DNA of 63,850 nt, counting the filler, from Candidatus Fermentibacterota bacterium (lineage in GTDB: Bacteria; JAFGKV01): assembly GCA_016928395.1 (NCBI GenBank). It is 7 parts of 7 records of this genome, joined end to end, with 100 filler letters (N's around TTAATTAATTAA, not from the genome) between each part and the next. Parts side by side here need not be neighbours in the genome. Positions count along the whole stretch, not along the records: positions 1 to 15,214 come from JAFGKV010000106.1; positions 15,315 to 25,036 come from JAFGKV010000107.1; 5 more parts are not named here. One strand, written 5' to 3'. The notes under the pieces are model-generated. The model had not been told where the DNA came from. It saw nothing but the letters and a program-made list of their open reading frames with translations, and did not search any database. Of this stretch, positions 9,828-20,606 are shown in pieces; within the stretch, counting starts at the first letter, position 1; each line of letters begins with the position of its first letter. The position numbers and the translations under genes were made by a program.

Positions 9828-11301
9828 CAGCCCTGCAGTCCACATCGATGCCACGGTAGAGGAGGATTGTCGGGAGTACACACCGTGTTTTCATGAGTCA
9901 AAGCCTTTGGCTCGTCAGGCTGTGTTCCCCGTGGTCGCGCTGCTCACGGACGCACTGTGGATTGTGGTCTCCTTCATAGTGGCGTACTACTTGCGGTTCT
10001 CTCTTCCGGTCTTCCCTGTCGATGCCGGCTATCCCTCGCTGCACTCCTACCTTCCCGGCGTCGCCGGTGCTCTTGTTATCTGGATCGTTCTTCTCTCCCG
10101 CAGCGGCATGTACCAGATGGGGCAGACGCGGTGTCTTGGGGATCAGCTTGCGGCGGTGTTCAAGGCAGGAGCCTTGAGTTTCCTGCTCTTCCTCGCGGCG
10201 GCTTTCTTTTTTCGAGATCAGACCTATTCGCGGCTGGTCGTAGCCCTCACATGGGTTCTAACGCTTGTCTTGCTCGGCCTCAACAGGACGACGCTGCTTC
10301 GCGCCGTATCGCGGTGGTTGACCAGCAAGGGCATTGGAATCACGAGAGTCGCCGTGGTGGGAAAGGGCCCCCATACGGCCAAGATCCTCCACAATCTGAC
10401 CTATCGTCCTCCTCCCGGAATCGTATTGATGGGAACCATAGGCACGGGCCAGATGAACTGCGGCGACTTCGAGATCCGTGACTTGGGCGACCTCGATCAT
10501 CTGGCTGCCCTGCTCGGCGCGCACCGTCTCGACCGGCTCATTATCACGATTCCATTTCAGCACCACCAGCGGATTCTCTCGGTGCTCCGTGAGTGTGCGC
10601 GAAGCAGGGTCAGCTATGACATGGTGCCCGATCTTTTCGGCATGATGACCACCGGTTTTCAGGCCACCGACCTGGGCGGAGTGCCCCTTCTGGTGTTCCG
10701 TTCCAGGCCCATTGACGGGTGGGGCGCGGTCGCCAAACGGATGACCGATTTGGTCGTTTCGGCGTTGCTTGTCGTGTTCTTGCTGCCGGTGTTCGTCATC
10801 ATCGTGGGGGCTATCTGGCGTGACTCAGGCCGTCCGATTCTTTTCGGCCAGAAGCGCGTGGGGTTGAACAACCGGTTGTTCACCATGTACAAGTTTCGAT
10901 CCATGCGGGTCGATGCCGAGGCGGCATCAGGGCCGGTATGGGCGACGCCGGGAGATCCCCGCCGGACTGCGGTGGGCCGCTTTCTCCGGGAATGGAATCT
11001 CGACGAACTGCCCCAACTCTGGAACGTACTGCGCGGCGAGATGAGCTTGGTTGGCCCCCGCCCTGAACGTCCATTTTTCGTGGAGCGGTTTCGTGAGCAG
11101 GTGCCGCGATACCTTGACAGGCACAAAGTCCGCGCGGGACTGACCGGCTGGGCCCAGGTCAACGGTTTGCGCGGGAATACAAGCATCGAGGAACGGACGA
11201 GGTTCGATATTTACTATGTGGAGAACTGGTCACTCTGGTTTGACCTGAAGGTGTTCATCCGCACATTGTCCGAATGGGCGAAGAGTAAGAACGCTTACTA
11301 G
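9751..11301 (+). CDS. Undecaprenyl-phosphate sugar phosphotransferase (WcaJ/WbaP family); true start likely near TTG 9907
   Basis: N-terminal TMs, CoA-binding-like domain, and catalytic motifs KRMTDL, YKFRSM, LDELPQLWNVLRGEMSLVGPRPE, GLTGWAQVNG, DIYYVENWSLWFDL. Confidence 0.93.
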   Translation: MSGLVSSARHQPPHLSAWSHRLSVLDSPAVHIDATVEEDCREYTPCFHESKPLARQAVFPVVALLTDALWIVVSFIVAYYLRFSLPVFPVDAGYPSLHSYLPGVAGALVIWIVLLSRSGMYQMGQTRCLGDQLAAVFKAGALSFLLFLAAAFFFRDQTYSRLVVALTWVLTLVLLGLNRTTLLRAVSRWLTSKGIGITRVAVVGKGPHTAKILHNLTYRPPPGIVLMGTIGTGQMNCGDFEIRDLGDLDHLAALLGAHRLDRLIITIPFQHHQRILSVLRECARSRVSYDMVPDLFGMMTTGFQATDLGGVPLLVFRSRPIDGWGAVAKRMTDLVVSALLVVFLLPVFVIIVGAIWRDSGRPILFGQKRVGLNNRLFTMYKFRSMRVDAEAASGPVWATPGDPRRTAVGRFLREWNLDELPQLWNVLRGEMSLVGPRPERPFFVERFREQVPRYLDRHKVRAGLTGWAQVNGLRGNTSIEERTRFDIYYVENWSLWFDLKVFIRTLSEWAKSKNAY

Positions 11302-11358
11302 AACCTCACCGCATGGCGGCGCCCTGGATTTCACCCATCTCCCACCGGCATTGATCCG

Positions 11359-12378
11359 ATGAATCTCCGGCATCTTCGTCTGCCCATCGGTATCGTCATC
11401 AGCGCGTTCTTCCTGTGGCTTGTCGTCAGGCAGGTGAATTTCGACGAGGCGATGCGCAGCCTCAGGCAGGTCAACTGGCTTCTCATGATCCCCGCCATCG
11501 CGGTGTTTTTGGCGAGCTATGTTCTCAGGGCGTTCCGATGGCAGGTTCTGCTCGATCCCGTCGGCAGAGTGAGCCTGTCCAGTTCGTTTCGGGCGATCAT
11601 GATCGGATTCATGGGGAACAGCATCTTCCCGGCAAGGATGGGCGAGTTCCTGCGCGCGTTCACCCTTGTCCGCAGAGAACGCCTGCGCTTCGAGTCGGTC
11701 TTCGCCACCATCGTCATCGAGCGTCTGTTCGACGGCTACATGCTACTGCTGTTTCTCTTCGGGGCGTTGTTGATGGCGCCGCTGCACGGTACGGGAGGCA
11801 GCTTGCTGCGTACCGGGATCATCGGTGCTTTGTTCATTTATACCGCCGCCCTCATAGGCATCCTGTTCCTCCATCACCGGAGGGAGGCGACGCTCACGTT
11901 CTTTCGAAAGGCATTGCGGTGGATGCCCGGTCACCAGCGGGTGCTCGTCTCATTGGAGAAGTTTGCGTCGGGCCTGGCCATCTTCGATTCTCTGCGGCAG
12001 CTTGCGGCTGTGGCGGTGTGGACGCTGGTTGTGTGGGTGGTGAGCATGGCGGTGGTTCATCCGGTTATCTGGGCGTTCCCCTTGGGCGTCAGCCTTCCGT
12101 GGTACGCACCCTACGTGATCACGCCTATAGTGGCCTTGGGCGTGCTCATACCGTCGGCTCCGGGGTATGCAGGCCCCTATCACGCGGCATGCGTGGCCGC
12201 GGTCCTCCTGATGGCTCCCGAGGTGGATCGGGATGCCAATGTGGCGTTCGCCTTTGTCTTGCATGCAATGAACATGATCCCGATCATTGTCGTGGGCGTG
12301 GTTTGCGTCTGGCTGGAAGGCTTGTCGTTGGGAGACCTGAGCAAGAAGGCGGTCTCGTCAAGCGATGAAGGAGGTTAG
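11359..12378 (+). CDS. Lysylphosphatidylglycerol synthase TM / UPF0104 flippase-like membrane protein
   Basis: [36 protein letters not shown] and [10 protein letters not shown] motifs. Confidence 0.85.
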   Translation: MNLRHLRLPIGIVISAFFLWLVVRQVNFDEAMRSLRQVNWLLMIPAIAVFLASYVLRAFRWQVLLDPVGRVSLSSSFRAIMIGFMGNSIFPARMGEFLRAFTLVRRERLRFESVFATIVIERLFDGYMLLLFLFGALLMAPLHGTGGSLLRTGIIGALFIYTAALIGILFLHHRREATLTFFRKALRWMPGHQRVLVSLEKFASGLAIFDSLRQLAAVAVWTLVVWVVSMAVVHPVIWAFPLGVSLPWYAPYVITPIVALGVLIPSAPGYAGPYHAACVAAVLLMAPEVDRDANVAFAFVLHAMNMIPIIVVGVVCVWLEGLSLGDLSKKAVSSSDEGG

Positions 12379-12380
12379 CG

Positions 12381-13331
12381 TTGGCAACCTATGTGATTAC
12401 CGGAGGCGCGGGGTTTATCGGCTCCCATTTGTGCGATTACCTCGTGTCGCGTGGTCATCGGGTTATCTGCATGGACAATCTCATCACGGGTCGGACCCGC
12501 AACATCGAGCGGTTGGCGGGGAATGACCTCTTCCTGTTCATCAAACAGGACGTGACGAACTACATCTTCGTTGAGGGCCCGGTGGATTTCGTTCTTCACC
12601 TCGCCAGCCCGGCCAGCCCGGTCGACTATCTGAAGTACCCCATCCAGACGCTGAAAGTAGGGGCCTTAGGAACCCACAAGGCCCTGGGGCTGGCCAAGGC
12701 CAAGAACGCACGATTCTTCTTGGCTTCCACCTCGGAGGTCTATGGCGATCCCCTGGAGCATCCGCAGCGGGAGACCTATTGGGGTAATGTGAATCCCATC
12801 GGTCCACGGGGTGTGTATGATGAGGCGAAGCGATTTGCGGAAGCCATGACTGTGGCATACCACCGTTATCACGGGCTGGAGACCAGGATCGCGCGAATCT
12901 TCAACACCTACGGGCCGCGCATGCGCATGAATGACGGCCGCGTGGTGCCGACCTTTGTCCGCCAGGTCCTCTCCGGGGAACCGCTGAGCGTCTTCGGTGA
13001 CGGCACGCACACGCGCAGTTTCTGTTACGTTGATGATCTGGTACGGGGCATCGATCTGCTCTCCCGAAGCGACCTCACCGAGCCGGTGAACCTGGGCAAT
13101 CCCGAAGAGCGCACCATCGAGGGCTTCGGTCGTGCGGTGAGTGCGGTGGCCGGCGTGGAACCGGATTTCCAGTTCAAGCCGCTGCCCGTGGATGACCCCA
13201 AGGTCCGTCAGCCTGACATCAGCCGTGCCAGGGATCTTCTGGGCTGGGAGCCTGAGGTGTCTTTGGAGGAGGGGCTCCGGCGGACCATTTCCTGGTTCAG
13301 GGAGGATGATCGGTTCCGTATGCCCGACTGA
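12381..13331 (+). CDS. UDP-glucuronate decarboxylase-like NAD-dependent epimerase/dehydratase (SDR)
   Basis: [67 protein letters not shown]. Confidence 0.93.
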   Translation: MATYVITGGAGFIGSHLCDYLVSRGHRVICMDNLITGRTRNIERLAGNDLFLFIKQDVTNYIFVEGPVDFVLHLASPASPVDYLKYPIQTLKVGALGTHKALGLAKAKNARFFLASTSEVYGDPLEHPQRETYWGNVNPIGPRGVYDEAKRFAEAMTVAYHRYHGLETRIARIFNTYGPRMRMNDGRVVPTFVRQVLSGEPLSVFGDGTHTRSFCYVDDLVRGIDLLSRSDLTEPVNLGNPEERTIEGFGRAVSAVAGVEPDFQFKPLPVDDPKVRQPDISRARDLLGWEPEVSLEEGLRRTISWFREDDRFRMPD

Positions 13332-14241
13332 GCGTCTCGGCGTGCCCCTCCTGACCTTGTGCCCAGCGAAGATCAACCTGGGCCTTTGGGTGGTTGGGCG
13401 GCGCGCGGACGGGTATCATGACCTCCAGACCACGTTCGTGCGGCTTGCACTGGCCGACCGGCTCGCTTTCGATCCGGAGGGAGGGCGCCTGTCGTGCGAA
13501 GTCGCGGGCCGGGCAATCGACTGCCCTGCCGGCGATAACCTTGTACTGCGTGCCGCTGCGGCCTTTGGGGAGGCTGCGGGGATCCCTGTCGGTGGCACGT
13601 GGCGCCTCCACAAGCGCATCCCTGTGGCGGCGGGCTTGGGCGGCGGATCTAGCGACGCGGCCGGCGCATTGAGGATTCTGCAACGGCATCACGGGAATCC
13701 CCTGAGCCATGAGACACTGCGTCGGGTGGCGTCGGCCATCGGCGCCGATGTACCGTTCTTCCTCGTGGGCGGCGCCGCGACAGGGCAGGGGAGGGGAGAC
13801 GAGGTGCGGCCGGTTGCGTGGCCAGGCGAGTTTTACGTCGTGCTGGTCACACAGGCGGCGGGGTTGTCGACGCGCGAGGTGTTCGCCGAATACGACGCGA
13901 TGAGGCCACGGGAGCAGTTGACAGGCGGCCCCGTCGAAGCTAGCGTTGTCATGACCGACCGACTCGGCTGCGATCCCGGCGGTGCGCCGCGGGAAGTCCC
14001 CAACGACCTTGCCGAGGCGGCATTTCGGCGTATGCCCGCGTTGAGAAGGGTGCTGGATGCCATGCGGGATCAGGGATTCTCGGCGATCGGCCTCTCCGGA
14101 TCAGGGCCGACGGTCTACGGCGTGGTCCGCGACAGGGGCGTGGCACGGCGCGCGGCCTCGCGCCTTCGCAGCCGTGGGTGGGCGGTCCTAATGACCGCGT
14201 TTCGCAGGGGGCTGCCGCGCGTTGTGTGTAGAGTCCACTGA
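13306..14241 (+). CDS. ispE: 4-diphosphocytidyl-2-C-methyl-D-erythritol kinase (start 13306 or 13342)
   Basis: [51 protein letters not shown]; followed by tRNA-Gln as in the common ispE-tRNA-Gln synteny. Confidence 0.93.
   Translation: MIGSVCPTERLGVPLLTLCPAKINLGLWVVGRRADGYHDLQTTFVRLALADRLAFDPEGGRLSCEVAGRAIDCPAGDNLVLRAAAAFGEAAGIPVGGTWRLHKRIPVAAGLGGGSSDAAGALRILQRHHGNPLSHETLRRVASAIGADVPFFLVGGAATGQGRGDEVRPVAWPGEFYVVLVTQAAGLSTREVFAEYDAMRPREQLTGGPVEASVVMTDRLGCDPGGAPREVPNDLAEAAFRRMPALRRVLDAMRDQGFSAIGLSGSGPTVYGVVRDRGVARRAASRLRSRGWAVLMTAFRRGLPRVVCRVH
13918..13946 (+). promoter_or_regulatory. Candidate sigma70 promoter inside ispE for tRNA-Gln
   Basis: TTGACA-N17-TAGCGT about 300 nt upstream of the tRNA. 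Confidence 0.5.
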
Positions 14242-14246
14242 CAGCC

Positions 14247-14321
14247 TGGGGCGTCGTCAAGCGGTAAGACACGGGACTTTGAATCCCGCATTCGTAGGTT
14301 CGAATCCTACCGCCCCAGCCA
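14247..14321 (+). tRNA. tRNA-Gln (anticodon TTG) with encoded CCA
   Basis: Acceptor stem TGGGGCG/CGCCCCA, anticodon arm CGGGA-CTTTGAA-TCCCG, T-arm GTAGG-TTCGAAT-CCTAC, 3' GCCA. Confidence 0.97.
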
Positions 14322-14991
14322 GTGAACTCCTTTGTCTCGCCCTGTGCTCGGCCGCAGCCCGACTTCTGACGAAGTCAGAGAGGCGTCTGGCCAGTTCTGG
14401 AGGTATGGGCTGCCGCCCCGGCGTGCGGTCTTTCGTCCAGTTCTCGTGCAAGCCTATCGCACATCCATCGGCGTCGAGGTCACCGGCGCTCAGACTCCTC
14501 AGTTCACCCGCCCGCAGCCCGGTACACAACGCAGTCTCATAGAGTCTCCGCCAAAGGGGAGCAACGCGCAGAAGCGAACTACGCTCTGCTTCAGAGAGCG
14601 CTCTTCGACGAGTCCTGGGTGCTCCATGGGGAGGAGGCAGCGTACGGAGCGGATCCCCATCCAGGTATCGGTGGTTGATGCGCCATGCGATGAACGCCCG
14701 CAAGGCCGCTACACGGTGACGTATGGTCGTGGGTGAGACATCATCCTGGACCATGCCCTGAATCTGGCGCTCAACCGATTCGAGAAGTTCAACATCGACA
14801 TCAGCGACGAATCGGAGTCCCGCAAGGTCGCCCCACTGGCTGAGGTACCGCTGGATGTTCTCAGCATGTTTCGGTGACCAGGGTCTGCCACGCGTACTCT
14901 GGGTCTTCCCCCACGCCACGTATCGGCGCACGGCCTCGGTAGGGGAGCAGGCGGCGCTCATCGGCATCGCTCGGCTTCGGCCGCAGCCCAC
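14257..14991 (-). pseudogene. Truncated tyrosine recombinase/integrase reading into the antisense of tRNA-Gln
   Basis: Core-binding segment (SPTTIRHRVAALRAF..W), RRALS, box I LYETALCTGLRAGELRSL and WTKD are present. HxxR and the catalytic Tyr are missing; the last residues (GAVGFEPT...) are tRNA antisense. Confidence 0.8.
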
Positions 14992-15014
14992 GGACTGCCT
15001 ACTGCCGACTGCCG

Positions 15015-15214
15015 CTTCGCTCCGCTCGCAGTCTCCAGGGTTCTGGGTTCAGGGTTCAAGGGTTCAGCCCGGACTGCCGACAGAGGGACTTGCTTCCCCC
15101 TCCTCACTCCTCACTCCTATCTCCTCACTCCTATCTGATCTCGTGTCTCTGTGGTGAACTTCGCTCCGCTCGCAGTCTCCAGGGTTCTGGGTTCAGGGTT
15201 CAAGGGTTCAGCCC
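15015..15214 (+). repeat. 56-bp direct repeat (15015-15070, 15159-15214) with GGGTTCA and CTCCTCA heptamer tracts
   Basis: Identical CTTCGCTCCGCTCGCAGTCTCCAGGGTTCTGGGTTCAGGGTTCAAGGGTTCAGCCC twice, the second at the contig end. Confidence 0.9.
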
Positions 15215-15319
15215 NNNNNNNNNNNNNNNNNNNNNNNNNNNNNNNNNNNNNNNNNNNNTTAATTAATTAANNNNNNNNNNNNNNNNNNNNNNNNNNNNNN
15301 NNNNNNNNNNNNNNCCCCC

Positions 15320-15401
15320 GTCATTGCCCGACTCGATCGGGCAATCCAGGCAGGAGCATCTCGGCCGAGTCCTGGATCACCCGGTCAAGCCGGGTGATGA
15401 C
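15320..15401. repeat. GTCAT...ATGAC double-hairpin palindromic element (REP/RPE-like)
   Basis: GTCATTGCCCGACTCGATCGGGCAATCCAGG ... CCTGGATCACCCGGTCAAGCCGGGTGATGAC: two inverted hairpin units. Confidence 0.75.
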
Positions 15402-15556
15402 TTCCGTGCTCCTCATTCCTTCGGCTGGTTCTCATGCGCTGCGTAGGAACGCAGAGCTCCCCGGTGAAGTTACAGCTTAGGGTTCGGTCGATCATCGGGT
15501 GAGCCTCGGCTGCCGCTCCTCCCTTACGCAAAGGGAGGTTGAGAGGGATTCCCTAT

Positions 15557-15683
15557 TGGATGGATGGATGATTGGACGAGTGGATGGAACAGTGGAACGA
15601 TGGAATGGTGGAACATTGGAATGATGGATGAATGGATGAATGGATGAGTGGATGATTGGATGAGTGGATGAGTGGATGATTGG
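15557..15683 (+). repeat. Degenerate octamer tandem repeat (TGGATGAN)n
   Basis: Visible 8-nt periodicity tggatgaa/tggatgag/tggatgat/tggaacat. Confidence 0.85.
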
Positions 15684-15780
15684 GTGGGGGGAATGTCTTG
15701 TGGGCATTGGTCCGAGGGCGCCTCCTGGAGAGGAGGAAGGAGCTGGGCGCGGACACGGCCGGGGTCCGAGGCTTCGGCGA

Positions 15781-16671
15781 TCACACGTCGGCGAACATCT
15801 CCCGGAGGCGTTGTGGGGTCGGGATGCCGCGGTGATCCGCATTGCGGCGGGCGACCTGGGCGGCGGCGCGCGCTGCGTCAATGCCGGAGAGACCACGGAG
15901 TCGTCCCACCAAGAAGCAGGCCCCGAACACATCCCCGCAGCCCGTGGGATCGACCGGGGTCGTGGTTGGATCCGCCGCGGCGATGTGGACCGCCTTTCCT
16001 GACTCCGCAACGATGACCCCGTGGCTGCCATCGGTGATAATCACTACAGCAGGCCCCCAGGTCGAAAGCGTGGCAGCGGCTTCCATCGGGAGCGCATCCG
16101 GAAGAACTGACTGCAGCTCCGCGCAGTTCATCTGCAGCGTGTGAGCCCGCGAACACCATTGCCACGCATCAGGGTTCAGCGCAGGGATCCTAAGCCCTGA
16201 TTCGTCGCGCCCCAAGGCCAGGCTATGGAAGTCAAAATGGAGGGAGGAGGAGCTGGGGGCAAACTTCAAAAACTCACCCAGCGTGATCTCGTAGCCGGTG
16301 ACCATATTGAGCAGCGCCGCGTCGCAGCCCTCAACCGCCCTCACCAGTTCCTCGGCGTGCCATGGCGGCACATCCCCCCGCAGCCGCTCGCGACGCCGTT
16401 CTCCGTCAAGGTAGTTCGCGTGGACCATCCAGCCGTAGTCAGGCACGGTGTCAATGTGTGGCAGGATAGCGCCGTAGCGGCCCACGAGGCGTCGCACGTC
16501 GGGCTCGATTGCTGCCCCGACTCGGGATACCAGCACCACCTCGCCATCTCCTGCCAGGGCGCCTGCCAGGGCGGCCGCTCCGTAGAGTACGCCCCCGAAG
16601 CCGTTGTAGGCAGAGCCATCTGTGAAGACGTAGCGGTCATGGGGTATGTGGCCGATTATGGCGATTCGCAT
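15781..16671 (-). CDS. PfkB/ribokinase family carbohydrate kinase
   Basis: N-terminal IAIIGH..D..FGG, QMNxxE, ITDGSHG and the signature VDPTGCGDVFGA. Confidence 0.88.
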   Translation of the reverse strand: MRIAIIGHIPHDRYVFTDGSAYNGFGGVLYGAAALAGALAGDGEVVLVSRVGAAIEPDVRRLVGRYGAILPHIDTVPDYGWMVHANYLDGERRRERLRGDVPPWHAEELVRAVEGCDAALLNMVTGYEITLGEFLKFAPSSSSLHFDFHSLALGRDESGLRIPALNPDAWQWCSRAHTLQMNCAELQSVLPDALPMEAAATLSTWGPAVVIITDGSHGVIVAESGKAVHIAAADPTTTPVDPTGCGDVFGACFLVGRLRGLSGIDAARAAAQVARRNADHRGIPTPQRLREMFADV

Positions 16672-17034
16672 GGTGCTCTTTTGGACGAGAGGTTTCAACC
16701 CGAGCCATGAAAGGGGCGCTTCCCCGCGGAGTTACGACAGACGTGGCGCATCGGCAACTGCTTCTTCTGTCGTGGCGTCTCGCCGATCAGTACCGGAGGA
16801 GACTGTCCAACCTGGGTATCCCCGACGCGCGCTCGTGAACCCCTGGAGAGGGAGGCATGGGCATGCGGGAGGCTCGGCGCACCGATGCCACGGGGGTCCT
16901 CTCCACCCCATTGAGAGACTGACTCCGATTCCTCAGGTCTTGCGGCAAGCCAGGAAAACGCTAAACTGCGCCCATTCCTTGGCCGGCATTCACCGCCTTT
17001 CATGACGCGGACGCGTCAGCGTGAGGAGGAGCCC

Positions 17035-17145
17035 ATGTCGAAGAGCCGTGACACCAAGAAGGAAACGAAGAAAACCGCCGCCAAGAGCATCAAGGAGAAG
17101 CGAGCCGAGAAGAAGGCAAAGAAGTCTGGGACGAAGACGACCTGA
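17035..17145 (+). CDS. 36-aa lysine-rich small protein MSKSRDTKKETKKTAAKSIKEKRAEKKAKKSGTKTT
   Basis: Strong RBS GAGGAGGAG just upstream of ATG; clean ORF below the ORF-track length cutoff. Confidence 0.7.
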   Translation: MSKSRDTKKETKKTAAKSIKEKRAEKKAKKSGTKTT

Positions 17146-17714
17146 GCATGCGCCGGGATCGTCACGCGGGCGGGATCCGGTAGGCAGAGATCATCGGCCG
17201 GCCACAGGGCCTGCGTACCGGGTTCCGCTCCCAGCATTCTTCCTCGCTCCATGGCGGGTTCGCCTTCACTGCTGATTCATGACGGCCCAACCTTTGCCGC
17301 GGCCTATCTCCCCTGCCCCTTTCCACAAAGGCATGTTTACTGTAAGTTGTCGCCTGGGCGAAGAACGTCTCCACCCGCCGGGCTATCGTTCCCACGCGGG
17401 CACCTCCGTGCGGATCCGTCCTCAGGATAGACGAGGAGCCGGCCAAAGCCGGAGACGGACACGGTGACGTACCGTCCGGGCTCATCCGGCAGGCAACTCG
17501 ACCCGAGGGCACAAGTGGAGCCATTCGGGCAACACGCGTTCGGCGTCGCTGAGGAGTGGCTCATGGTTCACTTCCCGAAGTGACACACGCTCAGTGCCCA
17601 CCGGGCTTTTCCTTGCTCACACGAAGACAGGATTTGGGCAGAACAATGCTGCCAGCGGACGGAACGGCCTTCGCGATTCCGGGAAGAAGTCGCTGTGCAG
17701 GAATAGGAAATCAT

Positions 17715-19583
17715 ATGCTGTCTGAGAGAAGAGATCTGCGCAACGTCGCCATTATCGCGCATGTCGATCACGGTAAGACCACCCTGGTCGACGGAATGCT
17801 GAGGCAAGCTCGCGTATTTCGCGAGAACCAGCAGGTGGCCGAGCGAATCATGGACTCCAACGACCTGGAACGTGAGCGTGGCATCACAATCCTGGCCAAG
17901 AACACCGCCATCACCATCCACGATCCTGAGACCCGTGCCTTGGTGAAGATCAACATCGTTGACACCCCCGGCCATGCGGACTTCGGCGGGGAGGTGGAAC
18001 GGGTGATGAACATGGTGGATGGGGTTCTGCTCCTGGTCGACGCAGTGGAAGGCCCCATGCCGCAGACCAGATTCGTTCTGAAGAAGGCTTTGGCGATGGG
18101 CCATCGCGCCATCGTGGTGATCAACAAGATGGACCGGCGAGATGCCGACCCTGATCGGGCGGTGAACGCGACCTTCGACCTGTTCGTCGAGTTGGGTGCC
18201 AGCGACCGCCAGATCGATTTTCCCATAGTCTACGCCAATGCGCTGACCGGTCAGGCGGGAACCAATCCCTACGATCTGGGACCTGACCTGCGCCCGCTCT
18301 TCCAAGCGATCCTGGGCGCTGTCCCCGCGCCGTGGGCGGATCCGGATGCGCCACTGCAGATGCTGGTCACCAACCTGGGCTACGATGATTATCGAGGCAC
18401 CACGGCGCTGGGCCGCATCTTCGCCGGGCGGATGGCCGCGGGACAGCGCGTCGCGCGAATCGGGCTGGGCGGGCAGATCACGCCGGAACGAGTACGGTAC
18501 TTGTACGTGCATCGGGGGCTGGAGAAAGTCGAGGTCGAAACCGTCGAAGCGGGCGAGATTGTGGCTATCGCCGGGTTGGAGGGTATCGCCATCGGAGAGA
18601 CCCTCGCCGATCCCGAGAATCCTGTCGCGCTGCCACCGATCCGGGTGGAAGAGCCAACGGTGCGAATGACCTTTGGGGTCAACACCTCACCGTTCGGCGG
18701 GAGGGAAGGCCGTTGGAGCACCTCTCGCAAACTGCGCGAGCGGTTGTTCGATCAACTACGCCATGACGTGGCACTGCGTGTGGCCGAGACGGCTACGACG
18801 GACAGCTTTCTCGTCTCGGGCCGCGGCGAGCTGCACTTGGCCATCCTGATCGAGACCATGCGCCGGGAAGGATACGAGTTCGAAGTGTCGCGACCCGAAG
18901 CGATCTTCAAATCGGGCGCCAAAGGAGAGGTGCTGGAGCCGTACGAGGAGCTTCACGTCGAGACCGGCGCGGATACGGCCGGTACCGTGGTGGAGATGTT
19001 GGGCAGGCGCCGGGGCCAAATGGTCCAGATGACCGCCACCAGTGACAACCGCGTGCATCTGGCCTTCACCGTGCCGACGCGCGGGCTTCTGGGCTTTCGT
19101 TACCAGTTTCTCACCGCGACCCGCGGGATGGGTACCATGAATGCAGTCTTTCAGGGGTATCGGCCGTTTGCCGGGGCCATTGCTGCCCGCACCGCGAACT
19201 GCCTCGTGGCCTGGGAAACCGGGGTCACTACCACCTACGGTCTGAAGAACGCCGAAGAGCGCGGCATCCTTTTTCTCGGGCCGGGCATTGAAGTGTACGA
19301 GGGCATGGTGATCGGCGAGACGCAGCGCGGCAGCAGCGACATCCCGGTCAACGTCTGCAAAAGGAAGCACCTGACCAACATCCGCTCCTCGACACAGGAC
19401 ATCATGGTGCGGCTGACGCCGCCGCGGAACATGAGCCTCGACGAGGCCATCGAGTATCTGACCGACGATGAGCTGTTGGAGGTCACCCCCCAGACATCTC
19501 GTATCCGCAAGCGTATCCTGGCGACTGACGTACGCCGCAAACACACCAAGCGCGCCGCACGAGGCGACAACGGACCCGATTAG
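17715..19583 (+). CDS. typA: Translational GTPase TypA/BipA
   Basis: [68 protein letters not shown]. Confidence 0.97.
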   Translation: MLSERRDLRNVAIIAHVDHGKTTLVDGMLRQARVFRENQQVAERIMDSNDLERERGITILAKNTAITIHDPETRALVKINIVDTPGHADFGGEVERVMNMVDGVLLLVDAVEGPMPQTRFVLKKALAMGHRAIVVINKMDRRDADPDRAVNATFDLFVELGASDRQIDFPIVYANALTGQAGTNPYDLGPDLRPLFQAILGAVPAPWADPDAPLQMLVTNLGYDDYRGTTALGRIFAGRMAAGQRVARIGLGGQITPERVRYLYVHRGLEKVEVETVEAGEIVAIAGLEGIAIGETLADPENPVALPPIRVEEPTVRMTFGVNTSPFGGREGRWSTSRKLRERLFDQLRHDVALRVAETATTDSFLVSGRGELHLAILIETMRREGYEFEVSRPEAIFKSGAKGEVLEPYEELHVETGADTAGTVVEMLGRRRGQMVQMTATSDNRVHLAFTVPTRGLLGFRYQFLTATRGMGTMNAVFQGYRPFAGAIAARTANCLVAWETGVTTTYGLKNAEERGILFLGPGIEVYEGMVIGETQRGSSDIPVNVCKRKHLTNIRSSTQDIMVRLTPPRNMSLDEAIEYLTDDELLEVTPQTSRIRKRILATDVRRKHTKRAARGDNGPD

Positions 19584-19932
19584 GGGTACGAACCCCTGCG
19601 GTCATGCCCCTGCGCACCCACGGGCTTCGGGGGTGCTGTTCAGGCGAAGAAACCCGGCCGCAACCGCTCACGACCACCACAGCGACTCGCCTCGTCTTCG
19701 TCCATGCCATGCTCCTGGTCCTGCCCTTCCCGCGCGGCCTTTCCCTGAAACGGCGAGGATGTCTGTGACGGACTGACTCGTGCCTCTACCTTTCCTTCCA
19801 TTGGCGCTCGCCAACGAATGGCTTCGCACTCCCAGGGTGGTGCGATGAAGCGCGGCGTTCCTGTCGGGACGGATGGTCAGTGTGTCTGAAACGCCGCCGA
19901 AGAATGTCCTTGCCCGCTGACGGCAGAGACAT

Positions 19933-19951
19933 TACTCTGTTTCGCAAAGTA
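19933..19951. promoter_or_regulatory. Candidate operator TACTCTG-N5-CAAAGTA
   Basis: Imperfect palindrome 20 nt upstream of the membrane-protein/regulator operon; same motif at 21207. Confidence 0.65.
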
Positions 19952-19970
19952 CTCTTCACACGGAGGAACC

Positions 19971-20606
19971 GTGATTGCTGCGCATGTGCATGACGCCCTG
20001 CGGCAGGTGCGGGAGCTGAAGCTCAGGGTGCTGGATTCCCAGATGTTCACCGGGTACTCCGGGCGCGTCCGGGCCGTGGCGGGAGGCGCGTCGCTGCTGG
20101 CGGCCGTGATCATGAGCAGGTCAGGCTTTCCGGCGACGGCCAGAGCGCATCTGGTGGGGTGGGGAGTCGTACTGGCAGTGGCAGTGATTGCGAACTATGC
20201 AGCCCTCATCGTCTGGTTCGTGACGACCTCCGGCCCACGGCGTGACGTTCGCCGGCTCATGCCCACCGTAGACGCACTGCCGCCTTTGGCAGTGGGAGCA
20301 ATCCTGTCCGTGGTGATGGTGCTGCAGGGAATGGTTGATCTTTTGCCCGGCACGTGGATGTGCCTCTACGGCCTTACCAACCTTGCTTCGCGGCGGGTGC
20401 TTCCGAAGGCCATGTGGCTGGTAGGGCTGTACTACATCGCCTGCGGCGTGGTCCTGTTCGTCACGCCCGGGTTCACCTTCACCAACCCGTGGCCCATGGG
20501 CATCGCGTTCTGTGTCGGCGAAGTGGTAGGGGGATTCATCTTCCACAGGAATCGTGTACCCAACGGGTCGATCCAGAGCTTCGTCGCGGGAAGGGAGCAA
20601 TCATGA
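19971..20606 (+). CDS. Hypothetical membrane protein (about 6 TM)
   Basis: GGAGG RBS, GTG start, hydrophobic segments; coupled to the downstream regulator. Confidence 0.75.
   Translation: MIAAHVHDALRQVRELKLRVLDSQMFTGYSGRVRAVAGGASLLAAVIMSRSGFPATARAHLVGWGVVLAVAVIANYAALIVWFVTTSGPRRDVRRLMPTVDALPPLAVGAILSVVMVLQGMVDLLPGTWMCLYGLTNLASRRVLPKAMWLVGLYYIACGVVLFVTPGFTFTNPWPMGIAFCVGEVVGGFIFHRNRVPNGSIQSFVAGREQS

Noticed and set aside
15015-15214. Possible CRISPR array
   Set aside because: Only two 56-bp low-complexity copies with an 88-bp gap, no cas genes, at a contig end.
15215-15314. N-runs with TTAATTAATTAA (six occurrences)
   Set aside because: Identical 100-nt linker with stops in all frames; an assembly artefact, not biology.
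15492-15784. His/Ser/Pro-rich ORFs over the octamer tract
   Set aside because: Translation products of a simple repeat with no RBS or domain evidence.
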